From Squalus acanthias (taxonomy: Eukaryota), in contig CM059431.1 of the NCBI GenBank assembly GCA_030390025.1, forward strand, positions 157,606,001-157,670,000: a stretch of 64,000 nucleotides of DNA. The letters run 5' to 3'. Below the pieces are notes generated by a model, which ran no database searches, was not told the origin of the DNA, and saw only the letters and a list, made by a program, of their open reading frames with translations. Positions 1 to 12,281 of this stretch are shown in pieces (position 1 is the first letter of the stretch; each line of letters starts with the position of its first letter). A program made the translations under genes and the position numbers.

Positions 1-838
1 TATGTGGCACCTTATCGATTGCCTTTTGGAAATCCAGATATACTACATCCACTGGTTCCCCTTTATCTACCCTGCTAGTTACATCCTCAAAAACTCTAAT
101 TTGTCAAACACCATTTCCCTTTCATAAAACCATATTGACTCTGCCTAATCATGTTATGATTTTTAAGTGCCCTGATGCAACTTCCTTAACAATGGATTCC
201 AGCATTTTCCCGATGACTGATGTCAGGCTAACTGGCCTGTAGTTTCCTGTTTTCTCTCTCCCTCCTTTCTTGAATAGCGGTGTTACATTTGCGACCTTCC
301 AATCCGCTGGGACTGTTCTAGAATCTAGGGAATTTTGGAAGATCGAAACCAATGTATCCACTATCTCTTCAGCCACCTCTTTTAGAACCCTAGGATGTAT
401 GTCATTAGGTCCAAGGGATTTGTCGGCTTTTAGTCCCATTAGTTTCTCTAGTACTTTTTCTATTCTTATATTAATTACGTTAAGTTCCTCACCATTTTTG
501 GTATGCTTTTTGTGTCTTCTACTGTGAAGACAGATACAAAGTATTTGTTTAACGTTTCTGCCATTTCCTTATTCCCCTTAATAATTTCTCCTGTCTCAGC
601 CTCTAAGAGACCAACGTTTACTTTTACTACTCTTCCTTTTTACGTACTTGTAGAGGCTCTTACAATCTGCTTTTATATTTCTTGCTGGTTTTCTCGCATT
701 CTATTTTTTCCCTTATCAATTTTTTGGTCAACCTTTGCTGGTTTTTGAATCTCTCCCAATCCTCAGGCTTACTATTATTCTTTGCAACATTATAAGCTTC
801 TTCTTTCAATCTAATGCTATCCTTAACTTCTTTAGTTA
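1..838 (-). mobile_element. CR1 LINE ORF2 fragment (continues off window)
   Basis: ORF 149-439 reads GPNDIHPRVLKE...NYRPVSLTS, the N-terminal region of a CR1 RT. Confidence 0.85.
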
Positions 839-1074
839 GGGCGGGGGCCTGGCCAGTGTGGGTGGGTGCGGAGTGCTGGGCCGGAGGGGGCGGGTATCCG
901 GGCCAGTTGGCGGGGAGGGGGGGCTGAGCCAGTTTGGGGGAGGGGTGGGGGGGCTGTGCCCGTGGGGGGACGGAGGAACAACATCACTTGAATTATACAG
1001 GATCGGTCAGAAGGTAAGTTCCATGTTGCTGAGCCTCACTGCAAATAAAATATGCATTGAATGAGATGTTTGAA

Positions 1075-2528
1075 AGAAACATAGAAGATAGGAGCAGGAG
1101 TAGGCCATTCGGCCCCTCGAGCCTGCTCCGCCATTCAATGAGATCATGGCTGATCATCCAAATTCAGTACCCTGTCCCTGCTTTCTCCCCATATCCCTTG
1201 ATCCCTTTAGCCTTAAGAAATATATCTAACTCCTTCTTGAATATATTTAATGAATTGGACTGAACTGCCTTCTGTGGTAGAGAATTCCACAGGTTCACCA
1301 CTCTCTGGGTGAAGAAATTCCTCCTCATCTCAGTCCTAAATGGCTTACCCCTTATCCTTAGACTGTGACCCGTGCTTCTGGACTCCCCGACCATCGGGAA
1401 CATCCATCCTGCATCTAGTCTGTCTAGTCCTGTTAGAATTTTATAAGTTTCAATGAGATCCCCTCTCATTCTTCTGAACTCTAGCGAATATAAGCCTAAT
1501 CGACCCAATCTCTCTTCATACGTCATTCCTGCCATCCCAGGTATCAGTCTGGTGAATCTTTGCTGCACTCCCTCCATGGCAAGAACATCCTCGGATAAGG
1601 CGACCAAAACTGCACACAATACTCAAGGTGTGGTCTCAACAAGGCCCTGTGCAACTGCAGCAAGACATCCTTGCTCTTGTACTCGAATCCTCTCGCTATG
1701 AAGGCCAACATACCATTTGCCTTCTTAACCGCCTGCTGCACCTGCATGCTTACCTTCAACGACTGGTGCACAAGGACACCCAGGTCTCGTTGCACTTCCC
1801 CTTTTCCCAATCTATTGCCATTCAGATAATCTGCCTTCCTGTTTTTGCCACCAAAGTGGATAACCTCGCATTTATCCACATTATACTGCATCTGCCATGC
1901 ATCTGCCCAATCACCCAGCCTGTCCAAATCATACTGGAGTTTCTCTGCATCCTCCTCGCAACACACACGCCCACCCAGCCTTGTGTCGTCTGCAAACTTG
2001 GAGATATTCCATCTAGTTCCCTCGTCTAGATCATTAATATATATTGTGAATAACTGGGGTCCTAGCACCGATCCCTGTGGTACCCCACTAGTCACTGCCT
2101 GCCACTCGGAAAAAGACCCGTTTATTCCAACTCATTGCTTTCTGTCTGCCAACCAGTTCTCTATCCAAATCAGTACCTTACCCCCAATCCCATGTGCTTT
2201 AACTTTGCACGCTAATCTCTTATGCGGGACGTTATCGAAAGCCTTCTGAAAGTCGAAATACACCATATCCACTGGTTCTCCCTTATCTATTCTACCAGTT
2301 ACATCCTCAAAAAATTCCAGTAGATTAGTCAAGCACGATTTCCCTTTTGTAAATCCATGTTGACTTTGTCCGGTCCTGTCACTGTTTTCCAAGCGCTCTG
2401 CTATTACATCTTTTATAATGGACTCTAGCATTTTCCCCACTACCGGCTTACCGGTCTGTAATTCCCCGTTTTCTCTCTACCACCTTTTTTAAATAGTGGG
2501 GTTACATTAGCTACCCTCCAATCCATGA
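1075..2528 (-). mobile_element. 5'-truncated CR1 LINE (RT and 3' tail)
   Basis: [10 protein letters not shown] and KFADD motifs; conserved 3' tail at about 1075-1160. Confidence 0.92.
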
Positions 2529-2594
2529 GAATGCCGGAGAACCCATCCTCCTGGAATGAATTGAGCGAGTTTGGTGCACTCCCCTCACTTCAGA

Positions 2595-3363
2595 AAAAAA
2601 TGAGTTCATTCATGTTGGACCTAAAAAAAAAAATAGATCAGTGAATTTTCTAAATGGTTAGAAGTTAGGAACTATGGATGAGCAGAGAGAACTAGGGGTC
2701 CAAGTACAGAAATCACCAGAAGCTAGTTGATACCAAAAATAAGTAAAATGCTAAAGGAATGTTGGGCTTTATCTCGATGGCTGGAATACAAAGGGGTAGA
2801 AGTTCTGTTCCAGCTGTACAGAGCTCTGGTTAGACCCATTTAGAGAACTGCACCTCGGGAACAATATCTTGGCTTTGGAGGTGGTGCAGCTCAGATTCAC
2901 CAGAACGATACTGGGGCTAAAATCTTTAAATTATGAGGATAGATTGCATTGACGAAGCTTTTATTCCCTTGATTATACAAAGTTAAGGGGTGATCTAATT
3001 GCGGTGTTTAAGATGATCAAATGAATTGCTAGCATAGAAAGAGTTAAACTATGTCCTTTGGTGGACTAGTCCAGAAAAAGGGGGCATAACCTTAACCGCA
3101 GAGCGAGGCCGTTCAGGGGTGATGTTAGAAAGCATTTCTTCAGACACAGTGTAGTGGAAATCTGGAACACTCGCCCTCAAAAAGCTGTTGAGGTTCGGTC
3201 AATTGAAAATGACAAAACTGTCATTGATAGATTTATGTTAGGCAATGGTATTTAGGGTTATGGAACCAAGGCGGGGAGATGGAGTTAAGATACAGCACAG
3301 CCATGATCGAATTGAATGGAGGAACAAGCTAGAACGAATGATTGGCCTACTCCTGTTCCTGTG
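2595..3363 (+). mobile_element. Degraded CR1 3' end
   Basis: Decayed RT C-terminus and tail agccatgatc...ggcctactcctgttcct. Confidence 0.75.
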
Positions 3364-3364
3364 C

Positions 3365-4565
3365 CTCTCTTTATAAAGCCAATGCTCCCATATACGTTTC
3401 TAAAAGCCTTATCGCCCTGTCCTGCCACCGTCAAAGATTTCTGTATCTATACCCCCAAGTTTTACTGTTCCTGCAACCCCTTTAAAATTGTACCAGTTGG
3501 TTTAAATTGCATTGCCTCATTCTTCCTTCCAAAATGCAGCATTTCCCACTTCTCTGCATTAAATTTCACCGGCCATGTGTCTGCCCATTTCACCAGTGTC
3601 TCTCTTTCCTCCTGAAGTCTTCTGCTATCCTCCTCACGGTTTACGACTTTTCTGAGATTCGTGTCACCGACAAACTTTTAAATTATGCCCTGTATACCTA
3701 AGTCCATGTCACTGAAATATATCAGAGCAGTGGTCCTAATACCGACCCCTGGGAACACTGTGTACTTCCCTCCAGTGTGAACAATATCGGTTCACAAGTA
3801 CTGTCTGTTTTCTGTCCCTTCACCAATTTAGTATCCACGCTGCCACTGCTCCTTTAATATCATTGGCTCCAGTTTTGTTAACCAGTCTATTATGAGGTAC
3901 TTTATCAAACACCTTCTGAAAGTCCATATACAGAACATCAACTGCACTACCTTCATCAACCCTCTCCTATTTCATCGATTAGCTCATTCAAATCAGCCGG
4001 ATTTGATTTGCCTTTTAAAAAAATCCATTTTGACTGTCGCTAATTAACCCATGTTCTTCCAAGTGACAGTTAATTTTGTTTCGGAAATGTTGTCCCGAGG
4101 AGTTTCCTCAACACCGATGTTAAGCTGAGTGGCCTGTAGTTATTTGGTTCATCACTCTCTCCTTTTTTGAACAGGGAAGTAATGTTTGCAGCCCTCCCAG
4201 CCTCTGGCACCTTTCCCATATCCAAGGATTGGAAGATTGAGGCAGAGCGGGTGACATTTCTACTTTGAGCCCTGTCAACCGTTTCAGTACATCGTCCGAA
4301 TCGATTTATATCCTGTCCAATTTCTCTACCACCTCCTCCTTTACTGTACGATTGGCAGCATCCTCTCTTTTAGTGAATACGGAGGCAAAGTGTTAATTTA
4401 ATCCCTCAGCCATGTCCTCTGCTTCCACAAGATGATTGCCTCTTTGCTCCTTAATCAGCCCCACCTTTCCTTGGACTATTCTTTCACGCTTTATATGTTT
4501 ATAAAAGGCGTTAGTGTTCCCTATTATGTTACCACTAATCATTTCTCATACATTCTCCTTGCCCC
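3365..4565 (-). mobile_element. Degraded CR1 RT fragment
   Basis: Nucleotide similarity to the RT regions of other CR1 copies in the window. Confidence 0.65.
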
Positions 4566-4971
4566 TCTGTTGCTTTTGTGTGTTTATTACACTAGTGGCA
4601 GCGTTCGTGAAACAGCAACGTACTGAATTTTACAAAGTCACAAACTGGTACTGAATTAACTGAATCGCTTTTACATTTCCACAGTGGGGAAAGGAAAGGC
4701 CGCTGATCGATTGTTTCAATGGACGCACGTGCGCGGGAACACACACAATTGTAGAATTATGATTGTAAAACAGCAGTCAAATCTACCACTTGTATATTCA
4801 TGGTGTTTTCTGAGATCCCAGAGCTACCTGCTTCTGTACTGATGGGGAGGAGATATTTGATATCATGTTTAACAAGGCCACGTTCTCCTCATTTTAATAT
4901 TTCCATCTAACCCTCCTATTAATATTATATTTGTTACAGAGCATCAGAGCCTGGGAACACCTGTCACCACC

Positions 4972-5035
4972 ATGGCTGAAGGTCCAGACAGGGGAGAAGA
5001 TCCAACATCTTCAAACAGGATGAGAATGGACACAG
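4972..5035 (+). CDS. NLR first coding exon (MAEGPDRGEDPTSSNRMRMDT)
   Basis: Acceptor ttgttacag ends at 4939. Strong Kozak context caccATGG at 4972. Donor CAG|gtagg is phase 1, matching the next exon. Confidence 0.75.
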
Positions 5036-5149
5036 GTAGGCTCACAAAACTCTTTAAAATACAATTTCTGTCCTGACAAAAGGTCCAGAACTAGTACAAG
5101 AACCTGCAGCTCTCACAGGTCGAGGGAACAGGACAGGGGCTGAGTACAA

Positions 5150-5957
5150 AGAGGGAAGTGAATGACCATCTAGAGGGACACTGCAGTCACAGATGGAGGA
5201 AGCCCCTGAGTACTGGAACTGTCCAATGGATACCTGGTGTTGGGGACTGTATGGTGGATAGAGACAGTGACTCAGAGGATCATCTTCTTGAGCAAACAGT
5301 GTGACTCCAGAGAGCAGGAGGCCACCCAGCGGGGTGAGAGTGAGAGGCAGGTGGGGCACAGGAATAGGAGAGCGGTACTGGTGTCAGATTGTATAGTCGG
5401 GGGAATAAACAAACTCTTCTGCAGCCCTGAGCATGTCCTGAATAGTTAGTTACCTCCCTGGTGCCAGAGGGAAGAACATCCTTGACCGGGTGGGACCACC
5501 TCTGGGAAGGAAAGGAGAGCTGAAAATATCCATGGTCGGAGCCAGTAACACGGATTGAAATATGTTTATAGAGGAAATATTGAGACTGAGGCACTAAACT
5601 AAGAAACCAGGCCTCAAGCTGCTGATCTCTGGATTGTTTTACACTGGGCTGCTTAAGGAAGGAAATATGAGGCTGGTCAATGTGCGGCTGAGGGCTGGAG
5701 CAGGAGGGAAGTGTTCACGTTCTGGAGGCGCTAGAGTGAGTTCAGGGAGAATGGAAGCGACGGTAGCGATCTGAACTGACCAACAACAATAGATTAACAG
5801 AATATGTGAATGGAGCAGTCGGAGGGTATCAGGCGATGTGACTGGAAAGTGGGAAATATTCGGATCTGAGACTAGAGAGCAGAATCAATAAAAATGTTGT
5901 AGCTGAAACAGAAGATTTAAGGAATAGTGAAAACTTATTAGCAAGAAAAAGGAAGTT
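5150..5957 (+). mobile_element. Old degraded CR1 (SGNH ORF1 remnant), apparently continuing at about 13350-14350
   Basis: Remnants of the GDSIVRG and LPGARVKD coding segments; MHPRLLEEV-like remnant near 14150. Confidence 0.5.
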
Positions 5958-6169
5958 GTATTTGATGTGAGAAGTCGCACAACACCAGATTATAGACCAA
6001 CAGCTTTATTTGAAATCACAAACTTTCAGAGCGCTGCTCCTTCGTCAGCGCTCTGAAAGCTTGTGATTTCAAATAAAGCTGTTGGACTATAACCTGGTGT
6101 TGCTCTTTTTGGTTGGACAAATCAAAATTTACTGTAAATCAATTAAAACTTTAAATGAAACTTAATAAA

Positions 6170-9100
6170 TCAAATCAAAATTTGGAAGTCCGGGGTGACG
6201 ATGCACTCCAGCCCCCGCGGCGCCCACCGGTCGCGGAAAAACTCAAGCGTGCCGGCGGACACCGCGTGCTCCATCTCCAGGGCCACCCGGGCGCGAACAT
6301 GGCCGCGGAAGAGAGGCAGGCAATCGGGCCGAACGACCCCCTCGACCGCCCGCTGCCTGGACCAATTAATGGCTTTCTTGGCCAGGCCCAGGAGCAGTCC
6401 TACGAGGAGGTCCTCCGACCTACCCGCTCCCCTCCGCACCGGGTGACCGTAGATCAGGAGCGTGGGGCTGAAGTGCAACCAGAAATTGAGGAGCAGCCCC
6501 TTCAAATAATGAAAGAGGGGCTGCAACCTCTCACACTCAATATAAATGTGATAGACGGACTCCTCCAGGCCGCAGAAATGGCAAGCAGCCTGGGAGTCCG
6601 TAAACCTACTTAAAATCCTATTGCACGGGACTGCTCCGTGCAACACCCTCCAGGCCAAGTCCCCAATAGAACAAGGGAAGACTCCCGCGTAGAGAGCCTT
6701 CCAATGGGGACCTTCGCCTCCGCCGGACGGCAGGATGGTACGCCAAGGCGTGTCCGGACGGCAGACGAAGATGGCAAAGTGGAGAGTGTGCAGGAGCAGC
6801 CCGTACAGGAAACGCCTCCGTGCGGATTGAAAGGGCACGGAGGGCATTTCTCCGAGAAGGCTCAAGTGGTGAGGCGGCGGCTCCCGAGGGAGGATTCGGG
6901 GCCGGGCGCCGATAAGGAATTCCGTCCGAACGGGGGTCAGTTCGGACGGGATCGCCCCACGTGCGTGAGCCTCCTCGACACACCTAGTGGAGACGGGGCC
7001 CAGTGCTACTTTTAGCGACTCGATGGCTTTGACCGCGAGCCGGACGTTGACCCAGGACATGCGCCTCGCCAACTCCTCCGGCGCCATCCAGCCCGCTCCT
7101 CCGCCATCGAGCAGGTCCCCGACTCTGGTCACCTTACCGGGCACAGCCCTGCCCTCCGCCAGCCAGCCGAACCCGCGGTCGTGGAGGTGCGGATTCCTGA
7201 ACAGCGGCTCCCGAAGGACGGCCGCCGCTCCTGACGGGGGAGAACTGCGCTCGGAGGCGACGCTGTTCCAAACCCATAGCAGTTCCTGGTAGAAGACAGG
7301 CAGCTCCCGCAGGCTGGCACGCGTGCCACCCACTCTCACAAACAGGAGCTGCGTGTCGTAATTGAGGCCGTGCAGCTGGCGGAAGAAATACGTCGCCAGC
7401 GCACGCCACCTAGGAGGATTCTCCACGTACAGGTATCTCTGCAGCGTCTGAAGACGGAAAGTCGCCGCCCGGGTGCGAAGGCACACCAGCGCCTGACCGC
7501 CCTCCCTAAGCGGGAGACTCAAAACCGCGGCAGAGACCCAGTGCTTCCTTTTGTCCCAGAAGAAGTCGACGAGCTTCTTCTGCATCTTGGCGACAAACGC
7601 AGGGGGAGGGATCAAAGTGACCAACCGGTACCACAACATGGCGGCCACCAGCTGGTTTATGACCAGCGCTCGACCCCTGTAGGACAACACTCGGAGCAGT
7701 CCTGTCCAGCGCCCTAGGCGAGCGGTGACTTTGGCCTCCAGCTCTTGCCAGTTCACCGGCCAGGCGTCCTCGGCCGGGCTGAGGTAGACTCCCAGGTAGA
7801 GGAGGTGCGTGGTGCTCCAGGCGAAAGGCCCGAACTCCTCCGGCAGGGAGTCCACCTGCCATGGGCCCACCAGGAGTCCAGAACATTTCTCCCAGTTGAT
7901 CTTGGCGGAGGATGCGTCCGAGTAAATCTGCTGGCATTCTCGCATCCTCCGCAAGTCGACGGGATCCGTGACCGCGAGGAGCACATCATCGGCGTAAGCC
8001 GAGAGGACCACCTCCACGCCCGGCCCTTGCAGAGCCAGTCCCGTCAACCTCTTCCGCAAGAGGCGCAGGAAAGGCTCCACGCAAACGGCGTATAACTGAC
8101 CGGACATGGGGCATCCCTGACGCACCCCCCTCCCGAAGCGAAGGGGCGCCGTCAAAGACCCGTTAACTTTAATCAGACACTCCGCGGCGGCGTACAGAAG
8201 TCGGATCCGGGCGACGAAATGCGTCCCGAACCCGAATGCGCGCAGAGTCCCGAAAAGATACTCGTGATCCACCCTGTCGAACGCCTTCTCCTGATCCAGG
8301 AAAAGGAAGGCGACCGACAGACCAGCCCTCTGGGAATGGTGGACCAGGTCCCGGACCAGATGGATGTTATCGTGGATACTCCGGCCCGGGACCGTGTAGG
8401 ACTGGTCGGGGTGGATCATGCGGGCCAGCACGGTGCCAAGGCGAGCAGACATAGCCCTGGCGAAAATTTTGTAGTCCGTGCTGAGGAGGGAGACCGGGCG
8501 CCAGTTCTTAAGTAGGCGGAGATCGCCCTTCTTGGGCAGCAGGACGATGACCGCCCTGCGCCAAGAGAGGGGCATCTCCCCGGTCGCCAGACTTTCCCCC
8601 AGGACCCGCGCGTAGTCGTCCCCCAAGACGTCCCAGAACGCCCTGTGGAACTCCACGGTCAGCCCGTCCAGCCCCGGGGACTTGCCCCTCGAGAGCTGGC
8701 GCAGGGCGCCGGTCAGCTCCGCCAGGCTTAGCGGAGCTTCTAAATTCTCGGCGCCCTCCGGGCCGACCTTCGGCAGGTCCTCCCACAAAACTCTGCGCGC
8801 ATCCTCACTGGACGGATCCGAAGAGAACAGAGCCCCGTAATAGGCCCGGGCCTCCGCGCTGATGCCCTCCGGATCCGAGACCAGAGATCCGTCGTCGGCC
8901 AGCAGCCCCAAGAGCTGCTTACGGACCCCCCGTCTTTTTTCCAGCGAGTAGAAGAAGGGGGAGCCGCGGTCCAGGTCCCGCAGGAACTGGATCCGCGACC
9001 TCACGTACGCGCCTCGGGACCCAACCAGCTGCAGGTCCTTCAGCGCGCCCTTCTTCTCTTCGTACACCTTCCGCAGGGCCGGGTCCTCGACGACTTGACC

Positions 9101-10090
9101 GAGACGGGACTCCAGGTCGAGCACTTCTTTCTCCAATCGCCCGACCCGGGCCTCCCGCCTCTTGGTCGACCCCTTCGCGTACTCCTGACAGAAGACGCGG
9201 ACGTGAGCCTTGCCCACGTCCCACCATAGCCTCAAGGAGGGGAAGCCTCCCCGCTTCCTTCTCCAGTCGGCCCAGAACCGGCGAAACGAATCCCGGAACC
9301 GCGCGTCCTCCAGCAGCAGGTTGTTAAAATGCCAGTACGCGGACCCCCCCCCCGCGCGCGCAGCGGAGCGAGCTCCGCCCACACCAGGTGGTGGTCCGTG
9401 CACGGCACCGGCCGCATGGAAGCCGCCGGAACGCAGGAGACGTACGCCCGGGAAATGTAAAGGCGGTCGATTCTGGACCTTCCTCCTCCAGACCTCACGC
9501 TCGTGAAGGCGCTGGAGTCGGGATGGAGATTTCGCCAGACGTCCACCAAGTCGAAGGACCCGACCAGGTCCCGCAACTTCTCCATCGCCGCCGGGCTTCG
9601 CGGGGGACCCGACCGGTCCCGCGCCTCGAGGGTACAATTGAAATCCCCCCCCGAGGATGACGCACTCGCCCACGTCGATGGAGCCCAGAAGAGCGGACAC
9701 TTCTCCGAAGAAGCGCACTTGCTGCGCACCTGTCCGGGGGGCGTACACGTTCACTAAATGGAGCGGCACGCCTCCCAGGCGAACAGTGACCTGGAGCAAG
9801 CGGCCCGGTACGTGCTCCTTGACCCTCAAGATCTCCGGCTGAAAATGCGGGGCCAGCAAGACAGCCACCCCGCAGGAATTGTTAGAGAGGTGACTCATGC
9901 TGACCCCTCCTTGCCACTCCAGGAGCCACGTGGCCTCGTCTCCCGGAACGGTGTGGGTTTCTTGCAGGAAGCACACCGCATATTTCCCGTCCCGAAGGAC
10001 CGAGAAGTTATTGAATCTACGGCGCGCCTCCCTGCTGCCGTTGATGTTGAGGCTGGCTATGGTTATCTTCATCTCAGAAGCATAGTGCAA
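6170..10090 (-). CDS. Tx1-type ORF2p (APE endonuclease, RT, C-terminal Zn finger)
   Basis: SLNING, LQETH, GKSPGLDG, NWRPVSLL, DQEKAFD, RQGCPMS, AYADD and CHFC...H...C motifs. Segment 9350-9645 is frameshifted and then restored. Confidence 0.92.
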   Translation of the reverse strand: MHYASEMKITIASLNINGSREARRRFNNFSVLRDGKYAVCFLQETHTVPGDEATWLLEWQGGVSMSHLSNNSCGVAVLLAPHFQPEILRVKEHVPGRLLQVTVRLGGVPLHLVNVYAPRTGAQQVRFFGEVSALLGSIDVGECVILGGGFQLYPRGAGPVGSPAKPGGDGEVAGPGRVLRLGGRLAKSPSRLQRLHEREVWRRKVQNRPPLHFPGVRLLRSGGFHAAGAVHGPPPGVGGARSAARAGGGSAYWHFNNLLLEDARFRDSFRRFWADWRRKRGGFPSLRLWWDVGKAHVRVFCQEYAKGSTKRREARVGRLEKEVLDLESRLGQVVEDPALRKVYEEKKGALKDLQLVGSRGAYVRSRIQFLRDLDRGSPFFYSLEKRRGVRKQLLGLLADDGSLVSDPEGISAEARAYYGALFSSDPSSEDARRVLWEDLPKVGPEGAENLEAPLSLAELTGALRQLSRGKSPGLDGLTVEFHRAFWDVLGDDYARVLGESLATGEMPLSWRRAVIVLLPKKGDLRLLKNWRPVSLLSTDYKIFARAMSARLGTVLARMIHPDQSYTVPGRSIHDNIHLVRDLVHHSQRAGLSVAFLFLDQEKAFDRVDHEYLFGTLRAFGFGTHFVARIRLLYAAAECLIKVNGSLTAPLRFGRGVRQGCPMSGQLYAVCVEPFLRLLRKRLTGLALQGPGVEVVLSAYADDVLLAVTDPVDLRRMRECQQIYSDASSAKINWEKCSGLLVGPWQVDSLPEEFGPFAWSTTHLLYLGVYLSPAEDAWPVNWQELEAKVTARLGRWTGLLRVLSYRGRALVINQLVAAMLWYRLVTLIPPPAFVAKMQKKLVDFFWDKRKHWVSAAVLSLPLREGGQALVCLRTRAATFRLQTLQRYLYVENPPRWRALATYFFRQLHGLNYDTQLLFVRVGGTRASLRELPVFYQELLWVWNSVASERSSPPSGAAAVLREPLFRNPHLHDRGFGWLAEGRAVPGKVTRVGDLLDGGGAGWMAPEELARRMSWVNVRLAVKAIESLKVALGPVSTRCVEEAHARGAIPSELTPVRTEFLIGARPRILPREPPPHHLSLLGEMPSVPFQSARRRFLYGLLLHTLHFAIFVCRPDTPWRTILPSGGGEGPHWKALYAGVFPCSIGDLAWRVLHGAVPCNRILSRFTDSQAACHFCGLEESVYHIYIECERLQPLFHYLKGLLLNFWLHFSPTLLIYGHPVRRGAGRSEDLLVGLLLGLAKKAINWSRQRAVEGVVRPDCLPLFRGHVRARVALEMEHAVSAGTLEFFRDRWAPRGLECIVTPDFQILI

Positions 10091-10097
10091 CCTCTAC

Positions 10098-12281
10098 CTA
10101 ACGGAGGGGAGGGAGCGCGGTCACTGACGACCGCCACTCCCTCAGCAGCCCAGTGTGGAAACTCTTGAGCCGACGCAGCTCGAGCCGGCCAACGTCCTTG
10201 TCCGCGCCCATGATTTTAACGGCGGCGCGGACGGACACGACGAGCAGCGCCAGCTCCGACCACTTGTCGAGGGCCAGCCGGATCTTCTTGTGACGACCCT
10301 GGCTCACGGCCATAAAATCCCGGAGTTCCCCTACGGGGATGAGGGGAGAGTCGGTGAAGGGCACGAGGGCGTCCATCACCTCGCTGCCGATGGACTCCAA
10401 ATCGTCCTCGATGCCCACCACCGAGTCCCCGTCCTCCTCCGGGAGGTCGTCACCGGCGGCCAACCCGTCCGTCACACGGGGTGCAGCGAACGGCTCGGCC
10501 GCACCGGCCGGCCCCGCCTCCGTCACGATCCCACCCCCAGGATCGGTGGCAGAGGAGTCCACCCTGGGCTCCTTCAGGGGCGCCGGGCCGGGAGGCGGCG
10601 GCGGTTCGGGGCCCCCCCCCGCCTCAGGCGCCGGAGAAACCGGGGAGAAAATAATCTCAAATTCCTCCAGTACGTCCGGCGCCAACATCAGAGACGGAGT
10701 CAGGGGGCTTTCTGTCTCCCCGCCACCAACCTCCGACCCAGCGGGCTGGGGATTGTTAAAGTCCTCCACCAGGTCGAGCAGTCACTGGGAGATATCTGGA
10801 TTGTAAAAGGCGGGCTCGGCTTCAGCCTCTTTGGCCTCGCCCGCCCCAGTCCCCAGGACGCCCGACCCGGCGAGGAGCAACGGTTCCGGAACTACATTTC
10901 CCTCCGCGGGTTGTTCCGCGCCCCCCCTCCACGGGCAGGGTCTCTTCCCCATCCCCGGGAGGCACAGGTCGGACAGACTCGGCTGTCTCACCCTCCCGAG
11001 GGACAGACGACCCCTGCCGATCGCGCGCGACGATGACGGTGGTGGGGTGGGGCGCAGCACCCGCGGCGGGCGACTCCCCCCCCTTCTGCGGAGGGACCTT
11101 CCTCCTCGCAGTCCTCCTCCTGGGGGCGGAGCTTTCTTTTTAACAAGTTGGGGCCCGGAGAGGGGGAGGCCTCCATGTCTGCTGGGGCCTCCCTCTCTGC
11201 CCCCTTCCGACGACTGGGTTTCTTGGGCCCCTCGGGCCCGAGCCCGGCCGCAGGTCTTGGTTTAGCTGCCTCGGCAGTTGCGGTCACGGTCACGGTCACG
11301 GGCCCGGGCACGAGGACCCCCCCCAGTCTCAGGCGTCCCGATCAACTCCGCGATGTACTCGGGCGTGAGTTCGGTCAACTCGGATGTTTCCTCCACGAGG
11401 GGATCCGCCCTTAGGTGTTTATTTTTCCTACGCGCCTTCCTTCCCCCCGGACGCTCTCCCTCCCCCCCGCCGGAGGCCGTGATGGTGTTGGCCTCCGATT
11501 TCGACCGCGCATCCGTCGCCGTCGACGCGCGGACAGTATCAGGGGGAGGGGGGGCGGCGGCGCCAGCCCTGGCCGCGCCAGGTGTCGTGGCGGCCTTGGA
11601 GGCGGGGCAGTTTTTGCGGACGTGCCCCACCTCCTTACAGGCGTAGCACCGCACGCCGTCCGAGGTCCAGAAGACGCGGTGGGCGGTCCCCCCGTGGAGC
11701 ACCGTGAACGCGCCATCCGCGTCCTCCTCCCGCGCCAGCCGGACGAAAAGCTGGCGCCGGAAGGAGAAGACGTGCCGAAGGCTGGCTTCCCGGAAGCCGA
11801 GCGGGATGGGTGTGATCCCCGACCTCACCTCCCCCAGTTGACGTAGGTGGGGGAGGAGGAGCTCACCCGGAACAAAGGGCGGGACGTTGGAAACCACAAT
11901 CCTTTGCGCGGTGGCCTCAAGGGGGTCCACCGGCAGGAAGGTCCCGCCCACGGTGAGCCCCTTCTCGATGGCCAGGGACACCGCCCGCTCCGACCCCAGG
12001 AAGAACACAGCCTTGCCGTACATTTTAGAGGCGGCGACGATGGCTGAAGGGCCGACAACCCCAGCCATGGCTTTTACGCACGCCTCTATAGTCATGTTGG
12101 GGTGAGTGTAGCTCTTGACCCCATTCTTCCTCGTAAGGAGGGTAAAAGGTGACGGGGTAACAGGAGGACTCGCGGCTGCGGCCGTGGCCGCGGCTGCCAC
12201 GCTTGCGTATGTCCTCGCTGCCCCCGCCACCGGCGAAGATGTGGTCGCCATGATGGGTTGGTCTTTAAGGGCTACACTCAC
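10098..12281 (-). pseudogene. Tx1-type ORF1p (gag-like, CCHC knuckle, Pro/Gly/Glu-rich tail), interrupted
   Basis: CYACKEVGHVRKNC knuckle. Pieces 11262-12281, 10988-11311, 10782-11060 and 10098-10769 join via G-run frameshifts and a TGA at 10782-10784. Confidence 0.8.

Noticed and set aside
975..1020. Strong donor AAG|gtaagt at 1013/1014 as a possible 5'UTR exon of the NLR
   Set aside because: It lies in a GC-rich repeat-like patch between LINEs and cannot be linked to the gene without transcripts.
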